From Squalus acanthias (lineage: Eukaryota): a DNA stretch of 64,000 bases. Of this stretch, positions 23,242-36,720 are shown one piece after another. Position 1 is the stretch's first letter. Each line of letters starts with the position of its first letter. The position numbers and the translations under genes are program-made. Below the pieces are notes generated by a model. The model searched no databases. It was not told the origin of the DNA and saw only the letters and a program-made list of their open reading frames with translations. The stretch is from contig JASTWF010000093.1 in assembly GCA_030390025.1 (NCBI GenBank), positions 992,001 to 1,056,000 on the forward strand, read 5' to 3'.

Positions 23242-26200
23242 CAGAATAATGGAACCACAAAGCCTCATAATGCTCTTTTAGTCTATATTTAAAATACTCT
23301 TTCAGATTTATTCTTCTACCCTTATAAAACAGAGCATTCCTTCATGGCACGATCGGGTGTTTTCAGAGTAGTAGGGTAGGCATCTGCTGATTGGCTTTCC
23401 CTTTACCCAAAGGCTTGCAGTCCTGTTGTCTAGTTTATGTTTCCTTTTATATTTCTTTCCCCCCTTCCCCACCTTGCTCTCTTGATCCTCAGGCTTCCCC
23501 ACACACACAAACTACAAGCCCTACCCTTCATTGCCTTCCCCTTGCCTCAACCTTCAAAACTCCATTAGCTCCACCCTTCCTTACCTCGCTCACCCACTCA
23601 CTCACTGCTGTAAAAACGCTGCTCCTTCCTGCCTCAAAATACACACAATTAGGGAGCAGCTTTTTCTCCTCTCCCAGGCCCGGCTGCTTAAAACAGGCTC
23701 AAGCCCACAACCCAATTCAAGCCGCCTTTGCCCAATTCAGACCAGAACAAGATGTGGGCCTTTCTGCACATTGATAAAAGCCGCCCGCGTGGCCCCAATT
23801 TGGCCAGCAGGCCGACCCAGCAGCAGAACGTGCTACAAGGAAATGAGCCGAGGAAAGAGAGCGAGCGCGTGAGAGAGCGAGGGAAAGAGGGAGGGAGCGC
23901 GCACAAGCAATCAGCTAAAAAGGTTTCCAAATGAAGGCAGTGTCAGTGCAGCATCAAAGCATCAGCCTAAGTTTTTGTGCTCAAGTCTCGAGAGGGACTT
24001 GGAACCCACAACCTTCTGACCCAGACACAAGAGTGCTACCCACTGAGCCACGGCCGACCCTGTATGTGAGGGGCACTACAGAAATGCAGGTTGTTGTTGT
24101 CCAAGTGCCTATTCTTTTTGTGCAGCGACTGCCGGTAAACTATTCGACTGTGGGGTAAGCCCAACGCTACCCTTATCGGGCATCTGCACTGCAGGAGGGA
24201 TCAGGAATGGGAATCTCGGATGTTTCTCTTTTGCTCCGATTGCCCAGGAAGCTGAGGTCAGTTGCATCCATTCCTGTTGATTGTTTCAGCAAGAACCTCA
24301 AAACCATCAACCTTGGGGGCTTCTTTAATTTGCACAGCTCAGCGCTACAAAAAGTGCTTGGAGACTGAGGCACTGGGGAGGTCCTGTGTCCAGCACATGT
24401 TAGGTAGTGGAGAGCTGGAAGTGGTTACATGGCAGTAAACTCATAGAGGGGTTCAGATGATGCCATAAACTCCCAGAGTGAAGCTTGAGTGGTGTATAAC
24501 TCTGAGATGACATTGCAGCCTTCAAATCGTTCCTATGTACCAGTATGTTTTGTGATATTCGAACTGCAGACTTCAAGGGGGTGCTTTTATTTCTGTGAGC
24601 ATCCACTTCTTTGCCAACAGATGAAAACACTGATGTACCCTCCACACTGCATTGCTGAGAGTTTCTTCCCTGAAGGATTAACCACTGCAAGTACTGAATG
24701 AGAATCAACAATCGGTATACGTCTATATTACATTTCAAAGGCCAGTGGGTTATACAAAATCAAAGAAAACCAACAAACACCAAAGGCGGGGTTTACGATG
24801 ATCGTGATACAAATGTCTTGTGTTGTGCAATCTGCTGCTCCCTGGAATGCATTCCATTTCTATCTCATGTTTCACCCCTTTCAAATAATTTTGCTTAGTT
24901 TTTTTTGCGATTCTCATACAGACTCTACTTCATCTCATTCTTAAGAATAAAGACAGCCTCACAAGTTTAATTGGGTTTACAAGTGGTCTCACTCTTTTTG
25001 TTCCTGAGCTTACTAAAAGTCATGTGACATGTTTCTTGTAAATGTAACATTGACTTCTCAGGACATTTTCCTGTCACTTTCGGATGAGACATTAAACTGA
25101 GGCCCCGTCTGCTCTCTCAGGTGGATGTAAAAGATCCCACGGCACTATTTCGAAGAAGAGCAGGGGAGTTATCCCCGTTGTCCTGGCCAATGTTTATCCC
25201 TCAACCAACATCACGAAAACAGATTATCTGGTCATTATCACATTGCTGTTTGTGGGAGCTTGCTGTGCACCAATTGGCTGCTGTGTTTCCTACATTACAA
25301 CAGTGACTACACTCCAAAAAGTACTTCATTGGCTGTAAAGTGCTTTGGGACGTCCGGTGGTCATGAATGGCGCTGTAGAAATGCGAGTCTTTCTTTTTCT
25401 ATCTTTTCCATTTCTGTCCTGTCTGTAATGATTTTCTGTCACAGTTAAACTTGCTTTTTTAAAATCATATTTTTCTCTTTCCCGCCGACAGGCTGGCTGA
25501 TTCTTGCCATGTGTCTCACTCCCAAAGTCGTCCTCTGAACTGAGTCACTCAGGTCCGTTCGGAAGTTGCTCTCTCCCTCCCAGGAAGTTGTATTTTTTTA
25601 ATTGTTTTTCTGCTGCCTGACTGGCACCTCCTACCACCTCTCCCCCAACCCCAAAATCCACCTGGTCCCTGATGCTGCTTCCTGGCGCCATTGGTCAATC
25701 ATAGGTGGCCGTGCCTTCTGTTGCCTAGGTCCTAAGCTCTGGAATTCCCTCCCGAAACCTCCCTGCCCCTCTACCTCTCTTTCCTCCTTTAAGACGCTTC
25801 TTAAAGAGAGTGTCAGCTGTGGCTCAGTTGGCAGCACACTTGCCTTTGAATCAGAAGGTTGTGGGTTTAATTCCCACTCCAGGGACTTGAGCACATAAAT
25901 CTAGGCTGACGTTCCAGTGCAGTGCTGAGGGAGTGCTGCACTGTTGGAGGTGCTGTCTTTTGCGTGAGACGTTAAACTGAGGTCCCGTCTGCTTTCTCCT
26001 GTGGATGTAAAAGATCCCATGGCACTATTTTGAAGAAGGTTGCGGAGTTCTCCCTGATGTCCTGGGCAAATATCTATCGCTCGACCAGCATCCCTTAAAA
26101 AAACCCAGATTATCTGGTCATTTTCACATTCCTGTTTGTGGGAGCTTGCTGTGCGCAAACTGGCGACCGTTTTCCCCACATTGCCACAGTGACTCCACTT

Positions 26201-26443
26201 CAAAAAGTACTTCATTGGCTGTAACGTGCTTTGGGACGTCTGGTGGTTGTGAAAGGCGCTGTAGAAATGCAAGTCTTTCTTTAAAACCTACCTCTTTGAT
26301 CAAGCTTTTGGTCACCTGCCCTAATTTCTCCTCATGAAGCTCCGTGTCAAATTTTTTGACTCATAACGCTCCTGTGAATCGCCTTAGGACGTTTTACGAC
26401 GTTTAAGGCGGTGTATAAATGCAAGTTGGGAGCGTCCCAGCGT

Positions 26444-27312
26444 CATCCCGACACCGATTGGGGTGAATCTTTTATTCAAACCAATAATACCAATTACATA
26501 GTAAAACCATTACATTCATCCATCACAGTAAATACAGTACAAATACCCCCAAACAATACCACACAATATTTTTTTTTTTTTTAAGATTTAAAATAATACA
26601 TCTCACTTAACTCCACATAAAACAACCCATTTCAACACCACAGTGTACAAACACATAGCACCATCACAATCCAACTAAATGCCACAGATAACATCCACTC
26701 CAATAACCCAAGAAACCTGTTCCACGCCAGTCCCACTGGCACCGCCCACCCGACCATCCACTCAAATTGTTCGTCCGATCATTCAAGCGTTCGTTCGTTC
26801 ACACCTCTGCCGACCAGCCGCCCCGCCCTGGGCCCCCCGCCTGGGGTTCTCCGTGCTGGGCCTCTCGCCCAGGCCACTCTCCTCCGGGTCTTCCACCTTG
26901 GGCCTTCTGCACCGGACCCTCCGCACCGGCATTCCCCGCGTGCAGCCGGGGTGAATCAAACGCATCTCCTGACTCCACCTCTGCCGACCAGCCGCCCCGC
27001 CCTGGGCCCCCCGCCTGGGGTTCTCCGTGCTGGGCCTCCCGCCCAGGCCACTCCGATTGGGGTGAATCTTTTATTCAAACCAATAATACCAATTACATAG
27101 TAAAACCATTACATTCATCCATCACAGTAAATACAGTACAAATACCCCCAAACAATATCACACAATTTTTTTTTTTTTTTTTTTTAAGATTTAAAATAAT
27201 ACATCTCACTTAACTCCACATAAAACAACCCATTTCAACACCACAGTGTACAAACACATAGCACCATCCGATTGGGGTGAGTGTAGCCCTTAAAGACCCA
27301 TCCCGACACCGA
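26444..27312 (-). repeat. Patchwork insertion upstream of gene B, with ~212-bp and ~78-bp internal direct repeats flanked by 14-bp CATCCCGACACCGA
   Basis: 26454-26665 matches 27053-27268; 26801-26879 matches 26975-27052; flanks at 26444-26457 and 27299-27312. Confidence 0.75.
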
Positions 27313-27359
27313 CTGGAGTTGCAAATTGTCCGGGGCGTTCCCAGCGGTCAGCCTAATGA

Positions 27360-27390
27360 TAATGACGTAGCAGGCAGGGACTATAAAAGA
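27360..27390 (+). promoter_or_regulatory. Putative core promoter of copy B: TATAAAA (27382-27388) with upstream TGACGTA CRE-like site
   Basis: TATA ~205 nt upstream of the ATG in a CpG-rich patch; the paralogous site in A reads TATGAAA (16323-16317). Confidence 0.45.
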
Positions 27391-27591
27391 GTGCGGGCTG
27401 CGTGCGCCGTCCCACAGAGAGAGCGGAGCCCCGAGGGTTCAGGTATCGGTCGTCGAGCTCTGTCCCGGGTGCCGCCGGAACCCTCCATAAGATGCGGGTC
27501 TTTAGCAGCTGTGGAAACCGATAAAGAAACGATTTTCACTGATCGTCGTCTTGTCTTGTCTTGTTTTGACAGCTGTCGAGGAGAGCAAAGT

Positions 27592-27646
27592 ATGGTGAGA
27601 AGTCTGCTCGCTGTTTTGGTGGCTGTTCAATTCAGTTTGGCTCGAG
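27592..27646 (+). CDS. B7-family/CD276-like gene copy B, exon 1 (signal peptide MVRSLLAVLVAVQFSLAR)
   Basis: ATG at 27592; donor CGAG|GTAAGT; paralog of copy A exon 1. Confidence 0.82.
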
Positions 27647-27997
27647 GTAAGTCTTTAAATGTAACTGTTTCCTTGCACACATTAGAATGAACGATCCACA
27701 CAGTTTGAGGTGGTCTTTTCACCACTGAGCAATGGCCCAAAGCAATAACAGTACTTTCACTTGTAATAGCAAAATACTGCGGATGCTGCAAATCTGAAAT
27801 AACAGAAAATGCTGGAAATACTCAGCAAGTCAGGCAGCATCTGTGGAGAGAAAAACAAGAGTTAACGTTTCAGGTCTGGGACCGAAGGGTTTCACTTGTA
27901 ATGTTGGGTCAGTTTAATGGGCAAGATGGATAATTCCCAAGTAAACATTGTTCATGGAGCTGAAAATAATATTTCAAAGAAATAGCCCCTGTCTATT

Positions 27998-29584
27998 TAC
28001 ATAAGAACAGAAGAAATGGGAGCAGGAATAGGCCACTTGGCCCCTCGAGCCTGCTCCGCCATTCAATAAGATCATGGCTGATCTTGGGCTCAAAGCCACT
28101 TCCCTGCCCGCTCCCCATATCCCTTCACTCCCTTATCTTGTAAAAATCTGTATCTCCACCTTAAATGTATTTAATGACCCAGCCTCCACGGCTCTCTGGG
28201 GCAGAGAATTCCACAGATTTACGACCCTCTGAGAAGAAATTCCTCCTCATCTCACTTCTAAAATGGCGACCATTTATTCTGAAACTATGCCCCTGAGTTC
28301 TAGATTTCCCCACGAGGGGAAACATCCTCTCTGCATCTACCCTGTCGAGCCCACTCAGTATCTTGTATGTTTCAATAAGATCACCTCTCATTCATCTAAA
28401 TTCCAATGAGTATAGGCCCAACCTGCTCAACCTTTCTTCATAAGTCAACCCCCTCATCTCTGGAATCAACTGTGTGAATCGTCTCTGAACTGCCTCCAAT
28501 GCAAGTATATCCTTCCTTAAATAAGGAGACCAAAACTGTATGCAGTACTCAAGGTGTGGTCTCACCAATACCCTGTACAGTTGTAGCAGGACTTCTCTGC
28601 TTTTATACTCCAACCCCCTTGCAATAAAGGCCAACATTCCATTTGCCTTTTTGATTACTTGCTGCACCTGCATGCTAACTTTTTGTGTTTCATGCACAAG
28701 GACACCCAGGTCCCTCTGAACTGTAGCATTTTGTAATCTGTCTCCATTTAAAAAATAATTTGCTTTTTTATTTTTCCTGGCAAAGTGGATAACCTTGCAC
28801 TTTCCCACATTATACTCCATCTGCCAAATGTTTGCCCACTCATTTAGCCTGTCTATATCCCTTTGCAGATTCTTTGAGTCCTCTGTACAACTTGCTTTCC
28901 CACCCATCTTTGTATCATCCGCAAACTTAGCTACAGTACACTCGGTCCCTTCATCCAAGTCATTAATGTAGATTGTAAATAGTTGATTCCTGTGGCACCC
29001 CACTAGTTACCGTTTGCCAACCGGAAAATGACCCATTTATCCCGACTCTCTGTTTTCTGTTAATTAACCAATTCTCTATCCATGCTAATATATTACCCCC
29101 AGCTCCGTGAGCTCTTACCTTATGCAGTAACCTTTTACGTGGCACCTTATCGAATGCCTTCAGGAAATCCAAATACACCACATCCACTGGCTCGCCCTTA
29201 ACCACCCTGCTCGTTACATCCTCAAAGAACTCCAGCAAATTTGTTAAACATGATTTCCCTTTCATAAAACCATGCTGACTCTGCTTGACTGCATTGATTT
29301 TCCAAATGCCCTGCTAATGCTTCCTTCATGAAGGACTCCAGCATTTTCCCAACGACAGATGTTAGGCTAACTGGTCTATAGTTTCCTGCTTTCTTTCTCC
29401 CTCCTTTCTTGAATAGGGGTTTTACATTTGCGGTTTTCCAATCCGCTGGGACCTCTCCAGAGTCCAGGGAATTTTGGTAGATTACAACCAATGCATCCAC
29501 TATCTCTGCAGCCACTTCTTTTAAGACCCTGGGATGTAGGCCATCTGGTCCAGGGGACCTGTTGTCTTTTAGTCCCATTATTTT
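27998..29584 (-). mobile_element. CR1 LINE, paralogous copy in intron 1 of gene B
   Basis: Same motifs including FADD; uninterrupted tail. Confidence 0.92.
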
Positions 29585-29875
29585 GTGGTGTTTACTGATC
29601 ATGTTGCTGCAGTTACTTTTTTTGATGTCCATTTTGTGAGGTGAGGGAACAAAACTTTTTCTATTTCAATAGATCACAGAAAATATCAACCCAGGAAATA
29701 TCAACCCTTCTGGAGAAGAGAAAATACAGCTGTGGGGATAATTACTACTTAGTGCTTTCCTGTGTTCAAGATTAAATCTCGTATTAATCATCCTTTTAAA
29801 GTAAAATATTCTGAAGAGTCAAGATTAAATCTCTTGGAACAATGCTGTTACTAATCTATTTGTTTGAATTCACAG

Positions 29876-30226
29876 CTCAGTTTCAAGTCCACACCCCTGA
29901 AGCACCAGTGACTGCTGTCTACGGCCAGTACACGGTGCTGAGTTGCAGCTTTACAGCTCGGGGTGAATCGTCACTGTATCTGCTGTTCATCAGTTGGCAC
30001 CGTGTCGAGACAGAGGAAGTTGTTTATTATTATTCTGGAAAAGAGCAACTGAGTCGCCAAAGCCCTCGGTATTCGGGGAGGGCAAGCTTATTCCCAGAGG
30101 AGTTAAAACAAGGGAACGTTTCAGTGAAGCTGGACAGAGTGAGACCAGAGGATGCTGGACAGTACCTGTGCTTAGTCAGGAACACAAAAGGAAATGGCCA
30201 GGGCATTGTGTCTCTAATATTTGCAG
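29876..30226 (+). CDS. B7-family/CD276-like gene copy B, exon 2 (IgV)
   Basis: TTCACAG| acceptor, |GTACAT donor, 351 nt open, both Ig cysteines intact. Confidence 0.88.
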
Positions 30227-30811
30227 GTACATGCTTCTTTCAGTTTTCATTTTTGTTCTGTCAGTGCTGCAAATTAAAGTCATGCTTCTTGGCCTCCCCT
30301 GATGGCTCAGTGAGTCTCGCCATTGAGTGCCTGAGCCGTACAGACCAGGTTTGATGCCCAGACTCTGCTGGTTTAACTCCTCTCCGCTGGAGCAGTGCTA
30401 TTGGTGCAATCGACACACCTCGGTTAGGGTTGGCACTCCCATTTGCTATTCAGCAAGTCCTGCCTGTGGACGGCTCCAGGATCGGGCTGAACTGTGATGG
30501 CCTCGCAGGTGAAAAGCCCACTGATATTTACCATCAAGGGTTACGTATGATTTTGGCTGAACAGCTGCCAGCAGGATATTGTGGGATTTTCACCTTCAAC
30601 TTGATCACTTGGTACAATGATTTGAATATCTCCAAATTGATCACAAACAGCAATATCTACTATTCTGTTTGTACTTGGATTTGTTGTTCTTGAGCATTTA
30701 AAGCTTTTATTGCATTATTCAATTAGTTATTAACTGGAACAAGATTCCTAGTTGGCATTATTTTTATCAAGTTTATTTCTTGTTTCTAATGACCCTTTTT
30801 TTAATCTACAG

Positions 30812-31538
30812 CATACATGGTGGCATAGTGGTTAGCACTGGTGCCTCACAGCGCCAGGGACCCGGGTTCGAATCTGGCCTCGGGTGACTGTCTGTGTGGA
30901 GTTTGCACATTCTCCCCGTGTCTGCGTGGGTTTCCTCCGGGTGCTCCGGTTTCCTCCCACAGTCCAAAAATGTGTGGGTTAGGTTGATTTGGCTATGATA
31001 AATTGACCCTTAGTGTTAGGGGGGGATTAAATATGTGGGGTTATGGGGATAGGATGGGATATGTTAGGGGGAATTAAATACGTGGGGTTATGGGGATAGG
31101 GTGGGATATGTGTCGGTGCAGGCTCAATGGGGATTCTGTGTGAGAAAGCAGGGACAGGGTACTGGATTTGGATGATCAGCCATGATCGTATTGAATGGTG
31201 GAGCAGGCTCGACGGGCCGAATGGCCTACTTCTGCTCCTAGTTTCTATGTTTCTTTCCTACAAGGAACCTGACTTTTTTATCCAATTAACACCATCCGGG
31301 ACAGTGTTCAGATTCGAGTCCCAAGGTTACCCTGAGGCTACTGTTTCCTGGTACAATGAAGAAAATGAAGATATTTCCACACTGTCTGAGACTTCGTACC
31401 AACAAAGTGGAGATGGTCTATACTCCCTGCAGAGTATTCTGCAAATCAATGACACCAATAGGAGTTCTAGCTACACATTCAGATTAAGAAATGATGTTCT
31501 ACACCAATCAGTTTCTCGAACATTTGGTCTTTCTGTAG
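30812..31538 (+). pseudogene. Copy B exon 3 (IgC-like), interrupted after its 5th nt by a 442-bp SINE; coding parts 30812-30816 and 31259-31538
   Basis: The CATAC|TACAAGGAACCT of copy A is split by the insert; the original acceptor reads A-Y-M-V-A-TAG (30826-30828); donor is GTAAAT versus GTAAGT in A/C. May be rescued by alternative splicing (see findings). Confidence 0.75.
30817..31258 (+). mobile_element. tRNA-derived V-SINE (HE1-like) with CR1-type tail, inserted in exon 3 of gene B
   Basis: A box TGGCATAGTGG, B box GGTTCGAATC, V-core GTGGAGTTTGCACATTCTCCCCGTGTCTGCGTGGGTTTCCTCCGGGTGCTCCGGTTTCCTCCCA; absent in copies A and C. Confidence 0.88.
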
Positions 31539-33068
31539 GTAAATTGTGTCCAACACTCAGTACTCATAACCTCCAGTTGTCTTCCGATACAATTCTGAAT
31601 CACGACATCTTGATCTCCATGCCATTTGAAGTAAAGGAAATCTTCTTTCAGTTCTTCAGAAACTTCTGTTCCAGTTTCTTTCTGGTTCCACAAGTATAAA
31701 CCGCTGCACCTTTTTAACTTTCATGGCCCTACACTTCTTGACTTATCAATGTTCTTGGCCTCACTATCTCCCAAGACCACAAATGGAGCTGCTGCATTGC
31801 GCGGCTGCTCTCAAAAGCTGTTTCCTCGTTTGTGCCAAACACTTCTTACCAAATACCTTTAACTCTCTATAGCTCGAGTCCTTTTGTGACTTGGATTCTG
31901 CTCCCATATTTGGGAAGACTCTCCTTAATGTCTCCCTCGCTCCTTGGAGAGGATATAAGAAGTTCTCTCTATGCTGTATTGTACCCTCCACGCTATGTAA
32001 ACTTCTGCTCATCCAAAACACTGCTGCCCTTCTCCTATCCTGCACTACGATCTGCTAACCCTCTCCCTGTGCTCGCTGGCCTACATTAGCTCCTGGTTAC
32101 CAACGCCTCAAATTAAAAATTCTTATCCTTGTGGTTAAAACCCTTCATGGCCTCGTCCCTCCTAATCTCTCTGTACCCTTCTCTAGCCCTACAACCCTCT
32201 GAGACCTCTGCATTGCTCCAACTCTGGCATCTTGTGAATTCCCTACTGCCATCGCCCTGCCACTGGCAGCCATCTATAGCTTGCGCTCCAGAATTCCCTC
32301 CCTAAACCTCTCTCTTTTCTCCTCCCTTTTTTAAAACTTTCCTTAAAATCCACCTCTTTGACCAAGCTTTTAGTCACCCCTTCTAATATCTCTCTTTTTA
32401 GGTGTCAGCCTTGCATCAGGTAGGAGAATGTTGTGGGTTCAAGCCCAACTCCAGAGACTTGAGCACAAAAATCTAGGCTGACACTCCAGCACTGTGCTGA
32501 GGGAGTGCTGCACTGTCGGGGGTGCCGCCTTTCAGATGAGACGTTAAACCGAGGCACCGTCTGCTCTCTCAGGTGGACGTAAAAGATCCCATGGCACTAT
32601 TGCGAAGAGCAGGGGAATTCTCCCCAGTGTCCTGATCATTATTATCCTTCAACCAACATCACTTTTAAAAAAAAAACACCAGATTATCTGGTCATTATCT
32701 AATTACTGTTTGTGGGAGCTTGCTGTTCACAAATTGACTGCCACGTTTCCTGCATTACAACAGTGTAGTACCTCATTGGCTGTAAAGCGCTTTGGGGTTG
32801 TGAAAGGTGCTGTATAAATACGTGTTTTTTTTGGCTGATTACGCTACTGTGAAGCACCTTGGGATGTTTTTCTACATTAAAGGCGCTATATCAATGCACT
32901 TTGTTTCTGGTTTAGGCTACTACTGTGTTATCCAACGTTTAAAAATACTTTCACCATACAATTACATTGTTAAATGTGGTTGTATTTTAAACTGTATTAG
33001 CATAGAAGACCAAACCAGCACTGAAACCACTGCCGTAATGATCAATAGTTTTCTTCCTTTCTTCACAG

Positions 33069-33208
33069 AAATGAAAACTGATCACGTTCTTACAAGAAAT
33101 CGCTGGATGCTTGCAGTCAATGTCCTTGCTATTGCATTTATAATTGTAATTCTAGTCATAGCCGTGTGCAAGAAACGTGTTTCACTGGCAAATGGAGAAA
33201 CAAAATGA
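33069..33208 (+). CDS. B7-family/CD276-like gene copy B, exon 4 (TM + short tail ...AVNVLAIAFIIVILVIAVCKKRVSLANGETK*)
   Basis: Acceptor CTTTCTTCACAG|; C-terminal part of track ORF 32807..33208. Confidence 0.8.
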
Positions 33209-36200
33209 ACACGGCATTTCGTGATGGATCTTTCAAGAAAATACATGTGATTGGACGCTGCCCCTTCAGCCATGAAAACCGATATTTACTGTCGCAACCC
33301 ACTTTTTACTAATGTGGACATTTCCTCTTAACCCTCACTACTAAATTTCAACATGCAGAATAACAAGTGCCATCTGATTGATCCCTTTTCTAATTTGTAA
33401 CTTCCAAACTCTATTTATATAATACAATCGTGTTTTTTGTCCATCTTCTGCTGGACCAGGAGTGGTCATCTTCTGCTGGACCAGGACAGCTTAATGCAAT
33501 AAAGCTTTGTATTTAATTCTATTTTCTTCTTTTGTCATTGTCTCCGAAAATTGCTTTAGTTATTTTAGCACCCTGTCCTCCTTTAGTTTAACACTTGCGC
33601 TGTGAATTTCTTCAGGCCTTCTCCCGCTCCCCCGTCATCACTTTGGAAACCCTGTTTTCCTACGTAAACTGACTGCTGCTGAAGTTAAGGCGGCACTGTG
33701 TGTGGGGGGGTGAAAAACCCCAAAGAATTTCCTGGCAATTGTCTGTGAGCTGAGACACTGACTGAGGGTATTTTGAGGATCAGTGTTCCACACACAGTAA
33801 ACACTGGGAGCCAGAAACCACATCCGAGTCTGATTCTTCCCCGTCAGTCTGGGGCACTAAGGGAATTGTAGCACGTTACTCCAATTAGGAATTGAACCTG
33901 GGGCCTTCTTATGTATGGCTGTTATATACTGGCTATGTCAGCTGTACCATCAGATGACCTCAAAGAACCATGCTCGAACCCATTGCTACTCCCAGATCCT
34001 ATTTTTGGGTAAAAGTGGGTGGGCTAGGAATGGCATTAGTGCAGAGTACTATTTTAAAAAGATTGCATTGTAACACTACACAGAACTGACTTTAAATTAA
34101 GAACCTTATAAGTTTAAGGGTGAAATGGCACTCTGATGCACCTATAAGATGCAAACCCCACAGCACTACTAACCCTACCCAGACTAAAGTGGTTACTCCA
34201 TACCGGTTCCCCAGAACCACTACTGGAACCAGCAAAAAGTTCAACTTAAAGTCAAGCTTGTCTCGTCCTCTTCGATACAAGCCACACAAAGGGTGCACTT
34301 ATTTGGAAATTTGTGAATCTTTGGAATTCTCTACCCCAGAGGGCTGTGGATGCTCAGTCGTTGAGTATAGATTTCTGGACACTAAAGGAACCAAGGGATA
34401 TGGGGATCGGGTGGGAATGTGGAGTTGATGTAGAAGATCGGCCGTGATAGTGAATGGCTCGAAGGGCCATGTGGCCGACTCCTGCTCCTATTTCTTATGT
34501 TCTTAAGCTGACAACTTGGGAGGAGACACGAGAACAACGTGGCTCAAAATAAATCACGAGACGAGCGCCTATTCTCACAAAAAGGATCCTAAGCAATTGA
34601 AGTTACAAACCAGGGAGAGCCGATGGGAGAAGTTTATGAAAGAACAGAAGGAGAGAAAAAACCATGTGATGGGAGCAAGGGGGGGACTGGTCATGGCGTG
34701 AAAGAAACCAATGCCCTGCACTGCCCACTCTACTACTTTCCTGTCATGGTTCCACTTTCTTGTGTGTTGTGGTTGAATATTCCCATTTTTTTTAAACTCT
34801 AGCTTTTCCCTCTGTTTTTGGCACTGTCCACTCCAAGCTTTGGTTCATGGAATTTCAACCTTGAAACTGAATACATTTTGCAGTTAAATCTGTCTCCTGA
34901 AGCAGCACAGACTGAGGCCAACATACAATCATATCCTCACGCAGCGATGAATATAATTCTTCAAATCCTCTGGGTGGGAGGAGTCTCGCATGGAGCATAA
35001 AAGCCGGCATAGAGCAGTTGGGCCGAATGGCCTGTTTCTGTGCTGTAGACTCGATGTAACTCGATGAATCCCAATTTCTAACAATACATGGTGTAGAACT
35101 CACAGCAGCTAATCATGGAAAAGAAAAACACTGGGATCCCCACTGCCAACATTTTCAGTCACAGATCAGCCATGATCTCATTGAATGGCGGAACAGGCTC
35201 GAGGGGCTGAATGGCCTCCTCCTGTTCCTGTGTTCCAGACAGTAAAGAGGCAATCTGCTCACACTTCCTGTCCGTGCTGTTTTGTAAATGACCAGCAGGT
35301 GGCGGTTGAGACCAGTCCAGGGTGACTTGCCCTCTTGCTTTCCATCTGTGCCTGGGGAGCTGTTAAGTGTTCGTTCATGGCTTAAAAATTCGTCATGAAA
35401 GAAAAGCAGGACTTACTCAGCAGGTCAGGCAACATCTGTGGAGAAACAGAAGTCAGTCAGTCGCAAATTTAAGGTTGACAGCAGGTTATACCTATCAGGA
35501 AAGGATGAACAGGCTGGGTCTCTTTTCTCTTGAAAAGAGAAGGCTGAGGGGTGACCTAATAGAGGTCTTTAAAATTATGAAAGATTTTGATAGAGTAGAC
35601 ACACAAAGAGTGTTTCCACTTGTGGGGAAGAGTAAAAAGAGAAAGAGCTGCAAATGCTGGAAATCTGAAACAAATTCAGAAAAACACATGGCAGGTCCAT
35701 CAACATCTGTAAAGGGTTTACACTCTGCCTCAGAACTGAAGATTGGACTCTGAGTGATGAACTAGACAGCTGTTGGCACCTGTGCACCACACAACACTTG
35801 AGTTACAAACTTCAGGAGAGGAGAAAATTGGAGGTAAAATACCAATAAAAGTGTCCCTTTTAGATTGTGGGCAGAAGAGAAGGCTGAAGTGCGTGAGGAG
35901 TTCGACAGGTTTGAGGCCTGGGGAAAGAATTAGTGTCGGAAAACAGTGAAACCAATCTTGATTTCAACACAATGGAGGTGCCGGGAGGAGTAGGAGTTTG
36001 CACGACAGTGAATTTGCAGTTAATAAGGAACAAGAGAGGTAAATTCGGGGAAGCACTGACCATAGCAGTATTGATAAAATAGAAGCAAGAAAGACTGCAG
36101 TAGAAAGAGAGGTTGGACACTATAGGTGAGGGGGATTTTTTTTTAATTCATTCACAGGATGTGGGCATCACCTGCAAGGCCAGCATTTATTGCCCATCTC

Positions 36201-36720
36201 TAACTGCCCTAGAGAAGTTGGTGGGCCATCATTTCAGAGGGCAGTTAAGAGTCAATGACAGTGCTGTGGGTCACATTATCGGCCAAACCAGCAGATTTCC
36301 TTCCCTAAAGGACATTAGTGAGCCAGATGGGTTTTTATGACAATCTAGTAGTTTCACAGTCACCATTACTGACACTAGCTTTTTATTCCAGATTTGTTTT
36401 ATTAACTGAATTTAAATTCCGCAGCTGCCATGGTGGGATTTGAATATAGTTTGACGCTGAATCATTAGTCCAAGCCTACTGGATTACTAGTCCAGTAACA
36501 TAACCACTATGCCACGATACCCTATTAGACAACAAGCTTTTAGCTTTTTCCTGTCTGGAACGTGAGGAGGGTGTCGGAAGGGAATGCGATTACAATTTTC
36601 TTGCATGCAGCACACCAAGGAATCCTTCCCCTATATTGCTTATCACATGATGATTATGAATGAGGAAGGCCAATCAGCCCATCTTAATTCACCCATTCAG
36701 AGAGATCCTAATGTCTTCCC

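Larger units (their letters stand above)
3315..35263. repeat. Large inverted segmental duplication: left arm ~3315-20716, right arm 23242-35263, 2.5-kb spacer
   Basis: Many mirrored near-identical ORF pairs in the track (e.g. 19212+/24400-, 20450+/23308-, 11837+/29222-, 3475+/34855-); ends located by reverse-complement reading. Confidence 0.93.

Noticed and set aside
30817-30900. tRNA gene
   Set aside because: A and B boxes belong to a SINE head followed by V-core and LINE tail; no complete cloverleaf
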